DNA of 64,000 bases, taken from assembly GCA_947570175.1 (NCBI GenBank), contig CANOTJ010000005.1, positions 175 to 64,174 on the forward strand, given 5' to 3'. How positions within the stretch are numbered: position 1 is the stretch's first letter; each line of letters begins with the position of its first letter. This document shows, piece by piece, positions 1 to 9,438 of this stretch. This DNA is from an uncultured Mycoplasmatota bacterium. Lineage in GTDB: Bacteria > Bacillota_I > Bacilli_A > RF39 > UBA660. Under the pieces are notes generated by a model that saw only the letters and a list, made by a program, of their open reading frames with translations, was not told the origin of the DNA and did no database searches. Position numbers and translations under genes: made by a program.

Positions 1-202
1 ATTTGAAAACCTTATCGATTTTTACCGATTTGAAGGATACATTTCTACTTCTCATTTTAATCAACATACTTGTCAAATTGATCCCCATAATTTAGAACAA
101 TATATATATTTCTCTAGCAATTTCAAACATCATAAATATTATGTTTATAAAAGAATATATCAATTTATTCAAAATACCATATTAGAGAATTCAAAAATCG
201 TT

Positions 203-799
203 TTGAACTACCGAAATATAATAAATTCAGATATATTTAAACAAATTGTACAATTAGTTGAAGATTTTCCATTAAAAGAAGAAATTATTAGTGTAGAGTG
301 TAAAACATCTCCGGCTATGAATAATTTATTATATAAAAATTCTATTGTTCAAAGTAGAAAAAAACAAGCTGATAAAAGAATTGAAAAATGTGATACAACA
401 ATATATGGTGGAGGATATGGTTTCTATGGAGAATGGATTAGAATATTTAATATGTTAACTTACTTTTATGCTTATCAAAAAATATCAAGAGATGATATTT
501 TAGAATACTTACATATTAAACGAGAAAAGTTAATTAAAATTTCTACATCTTCATTTGATGACTTTTTATCTAGTAAAAAACGTATCATTAAAATAAATCC
601 TAGTCTTTTTTCTGATTATAGAAAATACGATTTAATGGATTCTTTAGAGAAAGTATTAGAAAATAAGCAATTTTGTAAAGAGTCCTCTTTATCAACAAAT
701 GGACAAGGGATAATTAAAAATATCATTCAGCAATATAATCAAGAAAGAGAACAAGTTTTAAAACAAACAAATAAGATATATCAAAAGCATATTATATAA
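203..799 (+). CDS. hypothetical protein; start uncertain (TTG at 203, no obvious RBS; first in-frame ATG near 317)
   Basis: Six-frame ORF of 198 aa. An in-frame stop lies at 116-118 upstream. No recognisable motifs. Sits in an accessory-like region. Confidence 0.3.
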   Translation: MNYRNIINSDIFKQIVQLVEDFPLKEEIISVECKTSPAMNNLLYKNSIVQSRKKQADKRIEKCDTTIYGGGYGFYGEWIRIFNMLTYFYAYQKISRDDILEYLHIKREKLIKISTSSFDDFLSSKKRIIKINPSLFSDYRKYDLMDSLEKVLENKQFCKESSLSTNGQGIIKNIIQQYNQEREQVLKQTNKIYQKHII

Positions 800-821
800 T
801 AATTAGAAAGAAGGATTATTT

Positions 822-1310
822 ATGAGAAGAACAACCATATATTCTTCTAAAAATATAGAAAATCAAAAAAAAGAAATTATTCACAATAACGCTTTTATTT
901 TGCCAAATGGGGATTACATTCTTGCAAAGGGATATACAGGATGTAACCCATCTCATCAATTAGAAAGCTCTTCTCTTATTATCTCTAGAGATGTGCTTCA
1001 TAAAAACATATTAGAAGAATATGAAAAATATATAAAAAATCACCCTGATAAAGAAAACTTATGTTATTTAAGATCCATACTAGTACACTATTATGGGCTC
1101 GCTCTTTTTGCTAGAGTAGAATATATAGAATCGTTTAACCAAAGAGAGCATTTTTTTGATTATTCTTTAATTCCAAATCCGAAATATTATGGAAATGATG
1201 CTACAAAAGATCAAATCGATACGTTAACAAAATTATTTGAAATCAATAATGATGAATCATTAGTATCTATCAATGAAGAAACTAGTGAACATATTCTAAA
1301 AAAGTTCTAG
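822..1310 (+). CDS. hypothetical protein
   Basis: 162-aa ORF with GAAGGA RBS 8 nt upstream of the ATG. A strong hairpin plus T-run follows the stop. No recognisable family. Confidence 0.5.
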   Translation: MRRTTIYSSKNIENQKKEIIHNNAFILPNGDYILAKGYTGCNPSHQLESSSLIISRDVLHKNILEEYEKYIKNHPDKENLCYLRSILVHYYGLALFARVEYIESFNQREHFFDYSLIPNPKYYGNDATKDQIDTLTKLFEINNDESLVSINEETSEHILKKF

Positions 1311-1367
1311 AACACAAAAAAAATCCAGATAACTGGCATAGAGAACCTTAAAACTTTTTTAAATTAT

Positions 1368-1412
1368 TTCGTAAGGGTTATTTTCCAAAATAATTCCTTA
1401 CTTTTTTATTTG
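1368..1412. terminator. Rho-independent terminator-like hairpin (cgtaagggttattttcc / aaaataattccttac) followed by a T-run
   Basis: Near-perfect inverted repeat followed by TTTTTT. Lies between convergent ORFs ending at 1310 (+) and 1450 (-), so could act bidirectionally. Confidence 0.5.
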
Positions 1413-1449
1413 AAATAAAACCATTTTATAATCTCATTCTTTTATATTA

Positions 1450-2127
1450 TTAAATAGTAACAATTTCTTGATCATTTGATATTTCTTGATTAATAATCCA
1501 CTTAATATCTTCAATCGATTTATCTATATTAAACCTTCCATTACCAACAGGATAATAAACAGAATAAAATTTATAATCTTTTCCATAGATATTTTTAATA
1601 AAACATTTTTTTCTTACCTGTGAAACAGATATTTTTTCGTCTAAAACAATAGAACTGACTTGATTTCCAAATAAAATAATTATTCTCGGGTCAATAATAT
1701 GCAACTCTTTTTTTAACAAATCTAAATATACTTTATATACAGAATCAGGAAGCTCTCGAGCGTCAATTTGTGTGCATTTTCCCAAATTTGTAATAAAATA
1801 TTTATGTTTTGTTACATCATCATATACTTCCTTAGCAAACTCCTCTGTCCATTCACTTCCTTTAATCGATTTGATTTTTCTATAAATATTCTCATTCAAT
1901 AAATTTAACTTTTCAAATAAATCCCAAATATTTTTTGTTCCTATCCAAGGAGATTTTAATCCTTTCCAATCTTTCGAAGAAGCAATATTTCTTCCAGTTG
2001 GATTCATAAAAACAAAACAAATATTAGGATGATCATCACATCCACCATTATAAATAGAATCTAGCTCTTTCGCTCCATAAATTTGTTGTAAATGATCGTA
2101 TTCTTTCCTTAATTCCTTTAACTGCAT
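1450..2127 (-). CDS. uracil-DNA glycosylase superfamily-like protein (tentative)
   Basis: 225-aa ORF. Carries an FVFMNPTGRN segment resembling UDG-superfamily motif 1 (GxNPG-type). A C-terminal YYPVGNGRF segment could correspond to motif 2. The call is motif-level only. Confidence 0.35.
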   Translation of the reverse strand: MQLKELRKEYDHLQQIYGAKELDSIYNGGCDDHPNICFVFMNPTGRNIASSKDWKGLKSPWIGTKNIWDLFEKLNLLNENIYRKIKSIKGSEWTEEFAKEVYDDVTKHKYFITNLGKCTQIDARELPDSVYKVYLDLLKKELHIIDPRIIILFGNQVSSIVLDEKISVSQVRKKCFIKNIYGKDYKFYSVYYPVGNGRFNIDKSIEDIKWIINQEISNDQEIVTI

Positions 2128-2229
2128 TTCTCCACCGTCCTATTATATTCCAAGTATACAAAATAAAATATGAAATTCTTCCTCACGCTATACTAAATCA
2201 GATTTTTTATCAATTACCTTCTGTCTTTG

Positions 2230-2433
2230 TTATTTGCTCCAATCTTCATATGGATCAAAATTATGTTTTTTCTCCCAAAGAATATGATTGTCCCGAGCAT
2301 TCTTTACAGCTTCGCAACCATTATTAGAAATACAACTTGCTCCATCTGTAACAACAAAAAAAGGAAGATCATATTTTTTAGCCAGTTCTTTCACTTCTTT
2401 ACAAAATTTTCTAGCCTTTTGTTTATTCTCCAT
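2230..2433 (-). CDS. small conserved-looking hypothetical protein (67 aa) with a Cys pair (CISNNGC)
   Basis: GAGGAG RBS about 10 nt upstream of the ATG on the minus strand. The overlapping plus-strand ORFs (2227..2454, 2288..2494) are low-complexity and lack an RBS. Contains an FFVVTDGASCISNNGCEAV motif. Confidence 0.5.
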   Translation of the reverse strand: MENKQKARKFCKEVKELAKKYDLPFFVVTDGASCISNNGCEAVKNARDNHILWEKKHNFDPYEDWSK

Positions 2434-2513
2434 TGTACCTTTGCTCCTCTTTAAATTATTTTTATTTTCTAAATCAGTATATCATACTTTCTAACTTTTT
2501 AAAAAGATATTCA

Positions 2514-2846
2514 TTAGCGATAAATTGCCTTCTTATTTTGCCCCTTTAACTGCTTTGTATAAAAAATAGCATCTTCCGTTGAGATTTCCGTAAAATTACA
2601 ACCATTATCTTTTTGTTCTAAAGCATAATAAACTACATCATTTTCTAAGATAACAGGATAAATATTCATAAAATTCCAAGTAGGGTTTTCATCATTAAAA
2701 AGAAATATCTCTCTTATATTTGCCCATGAATTAATGTCGATTATCACTTTTTTCATTAAATAAGATATACAACTTTCTGCATCAGAGAATTGATAACATG
2801 CATACTTTTTAAATAATTTTTTTATAAGTTTTAGTTGATGAAGCAA
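2514..2846 (-). CDS. hypothetical protein (110 aa)
   Basis: ORF located 36 bp downstream of the 173-aa ORF on the same strand. No recognisable domain. Confidence 0.45.
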   Translation of the reverse strand: MLHQLKLIKKLFKKYACYQFSDAESCISYLMKKVIIDINSWANIREIFLFNDENPTWNFMNIYPVILENDVVYYALEQKDNGCNFTEISTEDAIFYTKQLKGQNKKAIYR

Positions 2847-2882
2847 AAATTCATCTGATAAAATAGATAATCTAGAGTGTTG

Positions 2883-3404
2883 TTAAATTAAATTTTGCAC
2901 CTCAATCTCAATATTAAAATTCTCGTATTTCTGATCAATATAATGTATTTTTTTATCTATTTCTTGTAAATATTGATTATAATTTCTTGTTTGTGTTAAT
3001 GGATGATATCCACATGTATAAAGTCCCATCTTAACTCTAGCTATATCTGATTTTTCTGTTGCAGCCGCTTTTAGATGATAAACTCCATCATTAAAAACTG
3101 TATATACATGATTGCCTAAAACATTTTCAGATGAAATGTTTAATAGTTCCTTGAGCAATTTAGAATACACTAATTGAGCATGCGACTTACAAACAACTAA
3201 ATTATCTTTAACATTTGTTAAATCAATTTGTTTTTCTCTCAGAATATGTTCTAACTGACTTCCATAGTCTAAAAGAGGTATAAATTTGTATCGAGGATCA
3301 TAAGAAAATAATTCACAACTCCTTATATAAAGGTGTCTCACTTTATCCTTTAATTTCCAATCACTTCTATCGATTTCTTTATTTAAAGTATTCAAAACAT
3401 CCAT
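2883..3404 (-). CDS. hypothetical protein (173 aa)
   Basis: ORF with coding-like composition. No recognisable motifs. Confidence 0.5.
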   Translation of the reverse strand: MDVLNTLNKEIDRSDWKLKDKVRHLYIRSCELFSYDPRYKFIPLLDYGSQLEHILREKQIDLTNVKDNLVVCKSHAQLVYSKLLKELLNISSENVLGNHVYTVFNDGVYHLKAAATEKSDIARVKMGLYTCGYHPLTQTRNYNQYLQEIDKKIHYIDQKYENFNIEIEVQNLI

Positions 3405-3530
3405 CTATTTTTCCCCCTTTTTTAGGGACTATTCTAACATACATAGCCTAAAAACGCAATCTTTATACCAGTCTCTTCATAGACTTCACTTAAAAATTAT
3501 GATATTATAATCATAGAATTAGGTGAGTCG

Positions 3531-4991
3531 ATGAATATTTGTACCAAACATCTTAAAAATATTTCCCTCTTATATATTATATTACCAGTCATCATTTTTA
3601 TTTTTGGTTGGTTAAAATTATATTTTTCAATTCCTATTTTTTTGTTTCTTATTTTTTTTATTTTTCAATATTTTAAAAAGAATAAGCCAGAGGAACATTT
3701 TTATTTAAATAAAAAAATAATTTTTATAATTGTTTGTATTGGAGCCTTGTGGTGCTTTTTAGCAGGGATTGGAAAATTTTTTTATCAAAAGGATTTTTTC
3801 TTAGATCATATTATTAGAAACAGCATTTTAAAAGATTTAATTTTAAAACCTTGGCCTACAACTTATATGAATAATTACCATCTATGTTATTATATTGGAC
3901 AATGGTTAATTCCCGCCCTCATTGGTAAAATATTCTTTTTTATTACCCAGAATTCTAACTTAGCTTTTTTAGTAGGAAATATTATTTTATGGATTTGGTG
4001 TCTACTTGGAATTTTATTAATTTTTTTCTGGTTAATTAAAATTTCCAAACAAACATCCTTTAAAAAAGTAATTTTCGTTATCATTCTTTTTGTTTTCTTT
4101 TCTGGATTAGATATTGTCGGAGAGTTCCTACTGAAAAAAAATTTAACATTCATACAATTTATATCAGGATTTGAATGGTGGAATGGATTTTTTCAATATT
4201 CTTCTTTTACTTCCCTACTTTTTTGGGTATATAACCAGATGCTTGTTCCAATGATTATTTTCTGTTTATTTTACGATCAAAAAGATTATAAAAATAGAAT
4301 TGTTTTCATGATATTAGGATTACTATATGGGCCCTTTCCAATGCTTGGAATTTTATTATACTTCATCACTTTAGATATCATAGAAAGTATTCAAAAAAAA
4401 GAATTTATCTGGCTAAAATATCTAAGTATTCAAAATATTTTATCCATTTTTCTACTTTTTCCTATCTTTTTATTTTACTATCTAGCGAATGCTAATATTA
4501 TAGATTCCAAATTGACTCTTGTATTTCATTCAGGAATGGTGAAATTTTGGAAACGCTATCCCCTCGCAATTCTATTAGAATTTATATGCTATATATTATT
4601 GATACTACCAAAATCAAAAAAAAGAAAGACAAGTATCATTATTTTAACAATATATTTAATCATTATTCCATTTATCGGTCATTATGATTTTGTTATGAGA
4701 GTATCCATTCCCTTTATCTTTCTATTATTTCTTCATATTATAACCTTTATATTTGATAAAAATTCATCCAAAATAAGAAAATGTATTTTAATTACTCTCC
4801 TATTTATTGCAGCAATTAATCCATTTGGAGAAATTACAGGCAATATTTATTATACAATAAAACAAGGGGATTTAGGGTCTAAGTTAAAAGAAGAATCCCT
4901 TCTTAATTTAGGACAATACACAAATAATTATGTTTCTAGTAACCAAGAAAGTATTTTCTTTGATTACTTAGCCAAGGAGGCAAAACCATGA
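3531..4991 (+). CDS. large polytopic integral membrane protein (>10 predicted TM segments); possibly a Wzy/EpsG-like polymerase or glycosyltransferase-type membrane protein
   Basis: 486 aa, extremely hydrophobic and Phe/Ile/Leu-rich with many TM-length segments. Its stop overlaps the start of the next ORF (ATGA). The embedded minus-strand ORF 3890..4153 is judged spurious. Confidence 0.6.
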   Translation: MNICTKHLKNISLLYIILPVIIFIFGWLKLYFSIPIFLFLIFFIFQYFKKNKPEEHFYLNKKIIFIIVCIGALWCFLAGIGKFFYQKDFFLDHIIRNSILKDLILKPWPTTYMNNYHLCYYIGQWLIPALIGKIFFFITQNSNLAFLVGNIILWIWCLLGILLIFFWLIKISKQTSFKKVIFVIILFVFFSGLDIVGEFLLKKNLTFIQFISGFEWWNGFFQYSSFTSLLFWVYNQMLVPMIIFCLFYDQKDYKNRIVFMILGLLYGPFPMLGILLYFITLDIIESIQKKEFIWLKYLSIQNILSIFLLFPIFLFYYLANANIIDSKLTLVFHSGMVKFWKRYPLAILLEFICYILLILPKSKKRKTSIIILTIYLIIIPFIGHYDFVMRVSIPFIFLLFLHIITFIFDKNSSKIRKCILITLLFIAAINPFGEITGNIYYTIKQGDLGSKLKEESLLNLGQYTNNYVSSNQESIFFDYLAKEAKP

Positions 4992-5518
4992 AAAAATTAA
5001 AAATTTTTAAAATATTAACCATTACCATATTATTTACTATTCTATTTATTTTAACCTTCCATCTTCCATTTCGAAGTTGGATACCAATTTATACATATTA
5101 TGGACTATGTAGTTTAATCATCTTGACAATAATCCTAATTATCCTGTTATATATTTTTAAAAAATTTTTTTCTTTTGATATAAAAGACTGCATGATTACT
5201 ATTCTCTTAAGTTTTTCAATCAATATATTTTTCTTTTGTATGGTACCAGTTACCATAGAAAGATCTATTTCCGTATTTATGTTAAATGAAATGAATGAAA
5301 AAGATTTTTACACAAAAAAAGAAATAGAGAATCTCTTTATTGAAAAATATGTATATGAATATGGGGCCTTTGATAAAAGATTTAAAGAACAAATCGCTAC
5401 AGGTACAATTTCAAAAACAAACAGTAAATATTATTTAAACAAGAATGGAAAAAAATTATTAAAAAAGTTTAAGTTTATAAAAAATATATATAATATTAAA
5501 ACTCCAATTTTAAAATGA
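4988..5518 (+). CDS. membrane protein (3-4 TM segments N-terminal, Lys-rich soluble C-terminus)
   Basis: 176 aa. Translationally coupled to the upstream membrane protein by a 4-bp overlap. Followed by a hairpin plus T-run. Confidence 0.55.
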   Translation: MKKLKIFKILTITILFTILFILTFHLPFRSWIPIYTYYGLCSLIILTIILIILLYIFKKFFSFDIKDCMITILLSFSINIFFFCMVPVTIERSISVFMLNEMNEKDFYTKKEIENLFIEKYVYEYGAFDKRFKEQIATGTISKTNSKYYLNKNGKKLLKKFKFIKNIYNIKTPILK

Positions 5519-5550
5519 AAAACTACACTGTAGTTTTTTTTTGGAATAAA
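5519..5550. terminator. bidirectional terminator hairpin (aaaactacactgtagtttttttttt)
   Basis: Perfect 8-bp stem (ctacactg/cagtgtag-like) flanked by A-run and T-run. Lies between convergent genes. Confidence 0.5.
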
Positions 5551-6599
5551 TAAGAAACATTAAAACTTAAAAAATCATAAAATAATTCTTTTGTTTCCTG
5601 ATCAATGCCTTTTAAATTTTGAATTAAATAGTAAGCATTTTTAATATGGGTTACATCATCCAAACGATAAATTCCACTATTAGAAAGCGCCTGAAAAATA
5701 CTAGTAATCATCTTTCTCCTCTCTCCATCATTATGATCATCTAACCATAAACTCAAACTTTGATCTAATTTTTGACTGATTTTACTAAGAGAAGAATTTA
5801 TAAAATGATCATCCTCAATTTGCCATGTGAAAATAGAATGAGAGGCTAAATTTCGTCTATTAGATTTTACTACTTGGTAGCAATCATCATGTCTAAGAAG
5901 TAAACCTACTAAAGAATAATTCGGAATAATATGCTTAAATTTCGGTTGAATCAAACGATAATTTCGAGATTCAATTTGTCTCTTTCTAAGTCCTGGGCCA
6001 TCATTACTATACACTTTTATGATTTTTTTCTTAACAATATAATGTGTATACATACTAGCAACTAAAGCCAAATTCCCACCTTTTGAATGTCCTCCAACAA
6101 TAACATTTTTATCAAATAAGTGAATATTATTGTTTAAGTAATCAATCGCATATTCCTGCGACTTAGTAGGAAATTTATAACACAATTCAAAATCTTCTCG
6201 CCAAGCGCCAAGCAAACGATCACTACCTTCAAAAGAAATATAAATCATTCGATTCGGAAGTTGAAATTTAATTGCACAAAATTGCTGCTTCATATCCCCA
6301 ATATAAATATAATGACTCATTAAAACATCTTGATATCTTTTCATATTGATAATTTTTTTTAATAATTTATAGGTCCCTCGCTGAGGAATTCCCTCTTTTG
6401 CTACCTCACTATATCGAAATTGGCTTAAAAAAATAATACCAGCCCCTTGTAATGAAATAGTATCTTGTCCCTGAGAAACAATTCCTCCAAAGTTTAAATA
6501 TGGTAACACTGAAAAAACAAGATTATCAATATCATTAAATGGTTTCTCAAAAAAAGTATAATCTCCATATTCTTCTACATAATGAAATATATTTGCCAT
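5523..6599 (-). CDS. DUF2974 (Mbeg1-like) alpha/beta-hydrolase, lipase-like (GHSKGG nucleophile elbow)
   Basis: 358 aa with an IVGGHSKGGNLALVASMY motif typical of the DUF2974/Mbeg1-like predicted esterase family. Paralogous to the adjacent upstream gene. Confidence 0.7.
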   Translation of the reverse strand: MANIFHYVEEYGDYTFFEKPFNDIDNLVFSVLPYLNFGGIVSQGQDTISLQGAGIIFLSQFRYSEVAKEGIPQRGTYKLLKKIINMKRYQDVLMSHYIYIGDMKQQFCAIKFQLPNRMIYISFEGSDRLLGAWREDFELCYKFPTKSQEYAIDYLNNNIHLFDKNVIVGGHSKGGNLALVASMYTHYIVKKKIIKVYSNDGPGLRKRQIESRNYRLIQPKFKHIIPNYSLVGLLLRHDDCYQVVKSNRRNLASHSIFTWQIEDDHFINSSLSKISQKLDQSLSLWLDDHNDGERRKMITSIFQALSNSGIYRLDDVTHIKNAYYLIQNLKGIDQETKELFYDFLSFNVSYLFQKKTTV

Positions 6600-6694
6600 A
6601 CTCTTCGACCTCTTCTATTATCCAACGTTAATGAAAATAATTTCATATGTTTTTATCATATAACAAAGACTAAAAAAAAACAATATATTTCCTA

Positions 6695-7756
6695 TCATTC
6701 CTTTAGTAAATATTGCACATTAAACTTTAAGAAATGATAAAACAACTTTTTCGTTTCTGGATCAATTTCCTTTATTTTCTTAATAATTCGAATTGCTTTC
6801 TTCACTTGAAAAAAATCACTTAAAATAGTAATACCACTATCATCCAAAGCTTGAAAAATACTAACGATCATTTTCTTTCGTTGCTCTCTATTATGATTAG
6901 AAAGCCATATGGCAATACTCCTTTCTAATTTTTGACTTACTTTACTTAAATTTGTTAATACAAAATGATCTTTTTTTATTTGCCATGTAAATAAAGAATG
7001 GGCCAAAAGGTCATGTTTTGATGATTTCACTACCATATAATCATAATCATGAAAAAGTAAAATACCAACAACACTAAAATTAGGAATGATATGAGTTAAT
7101 TTATTTTTGATCTGAAGATAATCTTTAGAATAAAATTGTTCTTCTAATATTCCAGGTCCATCGTTATTATAAATCTTTATAATCTTACGTTGTATCCAAT
7201 TCTTAGCATACATACTAGCAACCAAAGCCAAATTTCCACCCTTAGAATGGCCACCAACAATAATATGATCATCGCTAGTTTGTATCGTATTATTTAAATA
7301 ACGAATTGCTCGTTCTTGAGATTTTGTTGGAAATTGATAGGATAGTTCAAAATCTTCTCGCCATCCACTAATTAAATCATCAGTTCCCTCATAAGAGATA
7401 TAAATCTGTTGATTCGGAAAATCAAATCGTAAAGCAGAAAACTGTTTTTCCTTATCCCCCTCATATATATAATAACTCATCAAAACTGACTGATATCTTT
7501 TTTTTAAGGACAATTTTTTAAAAAAAGAATACCCCTGTTTTTGAGCGATTCCCTCTTTAGAAACATTTTCATAAGAATGCATAGAAAAATAAAGAGAACT
7601 AGCATCTTTTAAACAAATTCTTTTTCCATCAGATGGAACGATGTCATCAAAATCTAGATAAGCCAGAGAAGAAAAAATAATATTTTCAACATCATTGAAA
7701 CCTTTCTTTAAAAAACTAATTTCGCCATATAAATCGATATAATCATATAAATTCAT
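6695..7756 (-). CDS. DUF2974 (Mbeg1-like) alpha/beta-hydrolase, tandem paralog
   Basis: 353 aa. Collinear similarity to 5523..6599 throughout (same GHSKGGNLALVASMY, SLFTWQI and IIPN motifs). Confidence 0.7.
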   Translation of the reverse strand: MNLYDYIDLYGEISFLKKGFNDVENIIFSSLAYLDFDDIVPSDGKRICLKDASSLYFSMHSYENVSKEGIAQKQGYSFFKKLSLKKRYQSVLMSYYIYEGDKEKQFSALRFDFPNQQIYISYEGTDDLISGWREDFELSYQFPTKSQERAIRYLNNTIQTSDDHIIVGGHSKGGNLALVASMYAKNWIQRKIIKIYNNDGPGILEEQFYSKDYLQIKNKLTHIIPNFSVVGILLFHDYDYMVVKSSKHDLLAHSLFTWQIKKDHFVLTNLSKVSQKLERSIAIWLSNHNREQRKKMIVSIFQALDDSGITILSDFFQVKKAIRIIKKIKEIDPETKKLFYHFLKFNVQYLLKE

Positions 7757-7807
7757 TCCATCACCATTATTATAGTTTATGCTTATAAAAAGGAGATAAT
7801 ATCTCCT

Positions 7808-8713
7808 TTAATCTATAGAAATGATTTCATATTCTCTAGTTCCAATTTCTAGATTAGAAGCCTCCTCTACAATATGGATAGCATGTTTCTCTTCCATTCT
7901 TGCAACCAAAGATTCTTTTCCCTTATCTTGAGATTGCATAATAGCATCATAACAGCACTGATCAAGTGCCACAGGATCTAAACTTGCGAAAATTCCAATA
8001 TCCTCCATCTCTGGATCATGAGGATTCGCATCACAATCACAATCAATTGATAATTTATTAGCAACATTAATATAAGCCATATTTTGTGGTTTAAAATAAT
8101 CAATTACTGCTTTATCCGCTTCTGCCATACTTTCTAAAAAGCCATCTTGATTTTCAACATAATTCCACATCTCGTCTGGATTTGTTGTGATTCCAACAGA
8201 ATGAATCCAAGCTTTTCCATTACGAGAAGCTACTCCAATACTCATATTTTTAAGAGCTCCACCAAAGCCTCCCATTGCATGTCCTTTAAAATGGGATAAC
8301 ATCAACATTGAATCATAATTCTCAATATGAGATCCAACATAATTTTTTCCTTTTAAATGTTTTCCTCCCTCTACTGGAATCGTAATCTCTCCTTCTGCAT
8401 CCAAAATATCACAAGGTGCAATATCCATAAATCCATGATCTTTAATCGCTTGAAAATGACTATCTACATCAAATCTTTTTCCGCGATAGGCAGTACAACA
8501 TTCTACAATGGTCCCATTCAATTTCTGAACCAATCCTTTTATCAAATTTGGGGATAAAAAATTGTGTCCTCCAGGTTCTCCTGTCGATATTTTTACTGCC
8601 ACTTTTCCATTTAACCCACAATTTAAAGCTTCGTAAATTTTAATTAATCCTTCACTACTAATATCTTTTGTAAAATATACTTTTGCTTTTTCCATTTCTA
8701 TCCCTCTTTTCAT
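7808..8713 (-). CDS. DUF362 domain protein (predicted Fe-S/ligand-binding)
   Basis: 301 aa. The N-terminal VAVKISTGEPGGHNF segment and the Cys-rich C-terminus (CDCDANPHD, DQCCYD) are typical of DUF362. Confidence 0.5.
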   Translation of the reverse strand: MKRGIEMEKAKVYFTKDISSEGLIKIYEALNCGLNGKVAVKISTGEPGGHNFLSPNLIKGLVQKLNGTIVECCTAYRGKRFDVDSHFQAIKDHGFMDIAPCDILDAEGEITIPVEGGKHLKGKNYVGSHIENYDSMLMLSHFKGHAMGGFGGALKNMSIGVASRNGKAWIHSVGITTNPDEMWNYVENQDGFLESMAEADKAVIDYFKPQNMAYINVANKLSIDCDCDANPHDPEMEDIGIFASLDPVALDQCCYDAIMQSQDKGKESLVARMEEKHAIHIVEEASNLEIGTREYEIISID

Positions 8714-8779
8714 AATTTATTTTACATCATAAGGATTATCTTCGCAATACATGAATATTCATATTGTTAAATATTTTTG

Positions 8780-8842
8780 TTGACATTTGTCATTTTTTGG
8801 CATACAATATACAAGTATACTAATTTAGTTTATTAGTATACT
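8780..8842 (+). promoter_or_regulatory. sigma-A-type promoter (TTGACA-17-TACAAT) followed by an 11-bp perfect inverted repeat (AGTATACTAAT-n7-ATTAGTATACT), likely a TetR operator
   Basis: Read directly: TTGACA at 8780-8785, TACAAT at 8803-8808, inverted repeat at 8814-8824 and 8832-8842. Lies immediately upstream of the TetR gene. Confidence 0.5.
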
Positions 8843-8856
8843 TACGAGGTGACTTT

Positions 8857-9438
8857 ATGAACAAAAAAGAACAAGTTATTTTAGAAGCTAGAAAACTCTT
8901 TAAAAAATATGGATATAAAAAGGTATCAATGGATGAAGTTGCAAGAAAAGCACAAGTCACAAAAAAAACAATTTATACCTACTTTAAAGACAAAGAAGAA
9001 TTATTTAAATATTTTATCAAAGAAGAATTAGAGCAGATTAGACAAAGGATTGAACAAAAAGAAAAAGAAAACTTGCCTTTTATTGAATATGTTTCTGGTT
9101 GTATTTATGAAATGTTAAAAATTCGGAATGAAAGTAAATTATTTAATAATGTCTTAGAGGAGTTTAAAAATCAAGAAAACGATAACTTTTTAAAACTATA
9201 CGATCAAGAGATTATCGAATATATCGAGTCAAAACTAAAAAAAGGAATTGCTTCTAAACAAATTAAGGAATGTAATACCGATTTAATAGCATTCATTATA
9301 TATAAGGTTTATATTGCTATTATGTTTGAATATCCCAAAAGAATTGATGAAAAAAAAGTCACTGCGGAAATTACCGCCATATTAAAAAACAATTTATGTA
9401 TCAGGGAGGATAAATATGAAAAAGAAGAAAGAAAATAG
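8857..9438 (+). CDS. TetR/AcrR family transcriptional regulator
   Basis: N-terminal HTH signature KLFKKYGYKKVSMDEVARKAQVTKKTIYTYFKDKEELF. 193 aa. Overlaps the downstream transporter gene. Confidence 0.85.
   Translation: MNKKEQVILEARKLFKKYGYKKVSMDEVARKAQVTKKTIYTYFKDKEELFKYFIKEELEQIRQRIEQKEKENLPFIEYVSGCIYEMLKIRNESKLFNNVLEEFKNQENDNFLKLYDQEIIEYIESKLKKGIASKQIKECNTDLIAFIIYKVYIAIMFEYPKRIDEKKVTAEITAILKNNLCIREDKYEKEERK

Noticed and set aside
2227-2494. Two plus-strand ORFs (75 aa and 68 aa) overlapping the 67-aa minus-strand gene
   Set aside because: Low-complexity hydrophobic translations with no RBS. The minus-strand ORF has a GAGGAG RBS and a conserved-looking sequence.
3890-4153. 87-aa minus-strand ORF inside the 486-aa membrane protein gene
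   Set aside because: It is fully embedded antisense to a strongly coding hydrophobic gene and is Lys/Ile-rich, as expected for antisense translation of AT-rich sequence.
8357-8557. 66-aa plus-strand ORF inside the DUF362 gene
   Set aside because: Antisense and embedded. No RBS.
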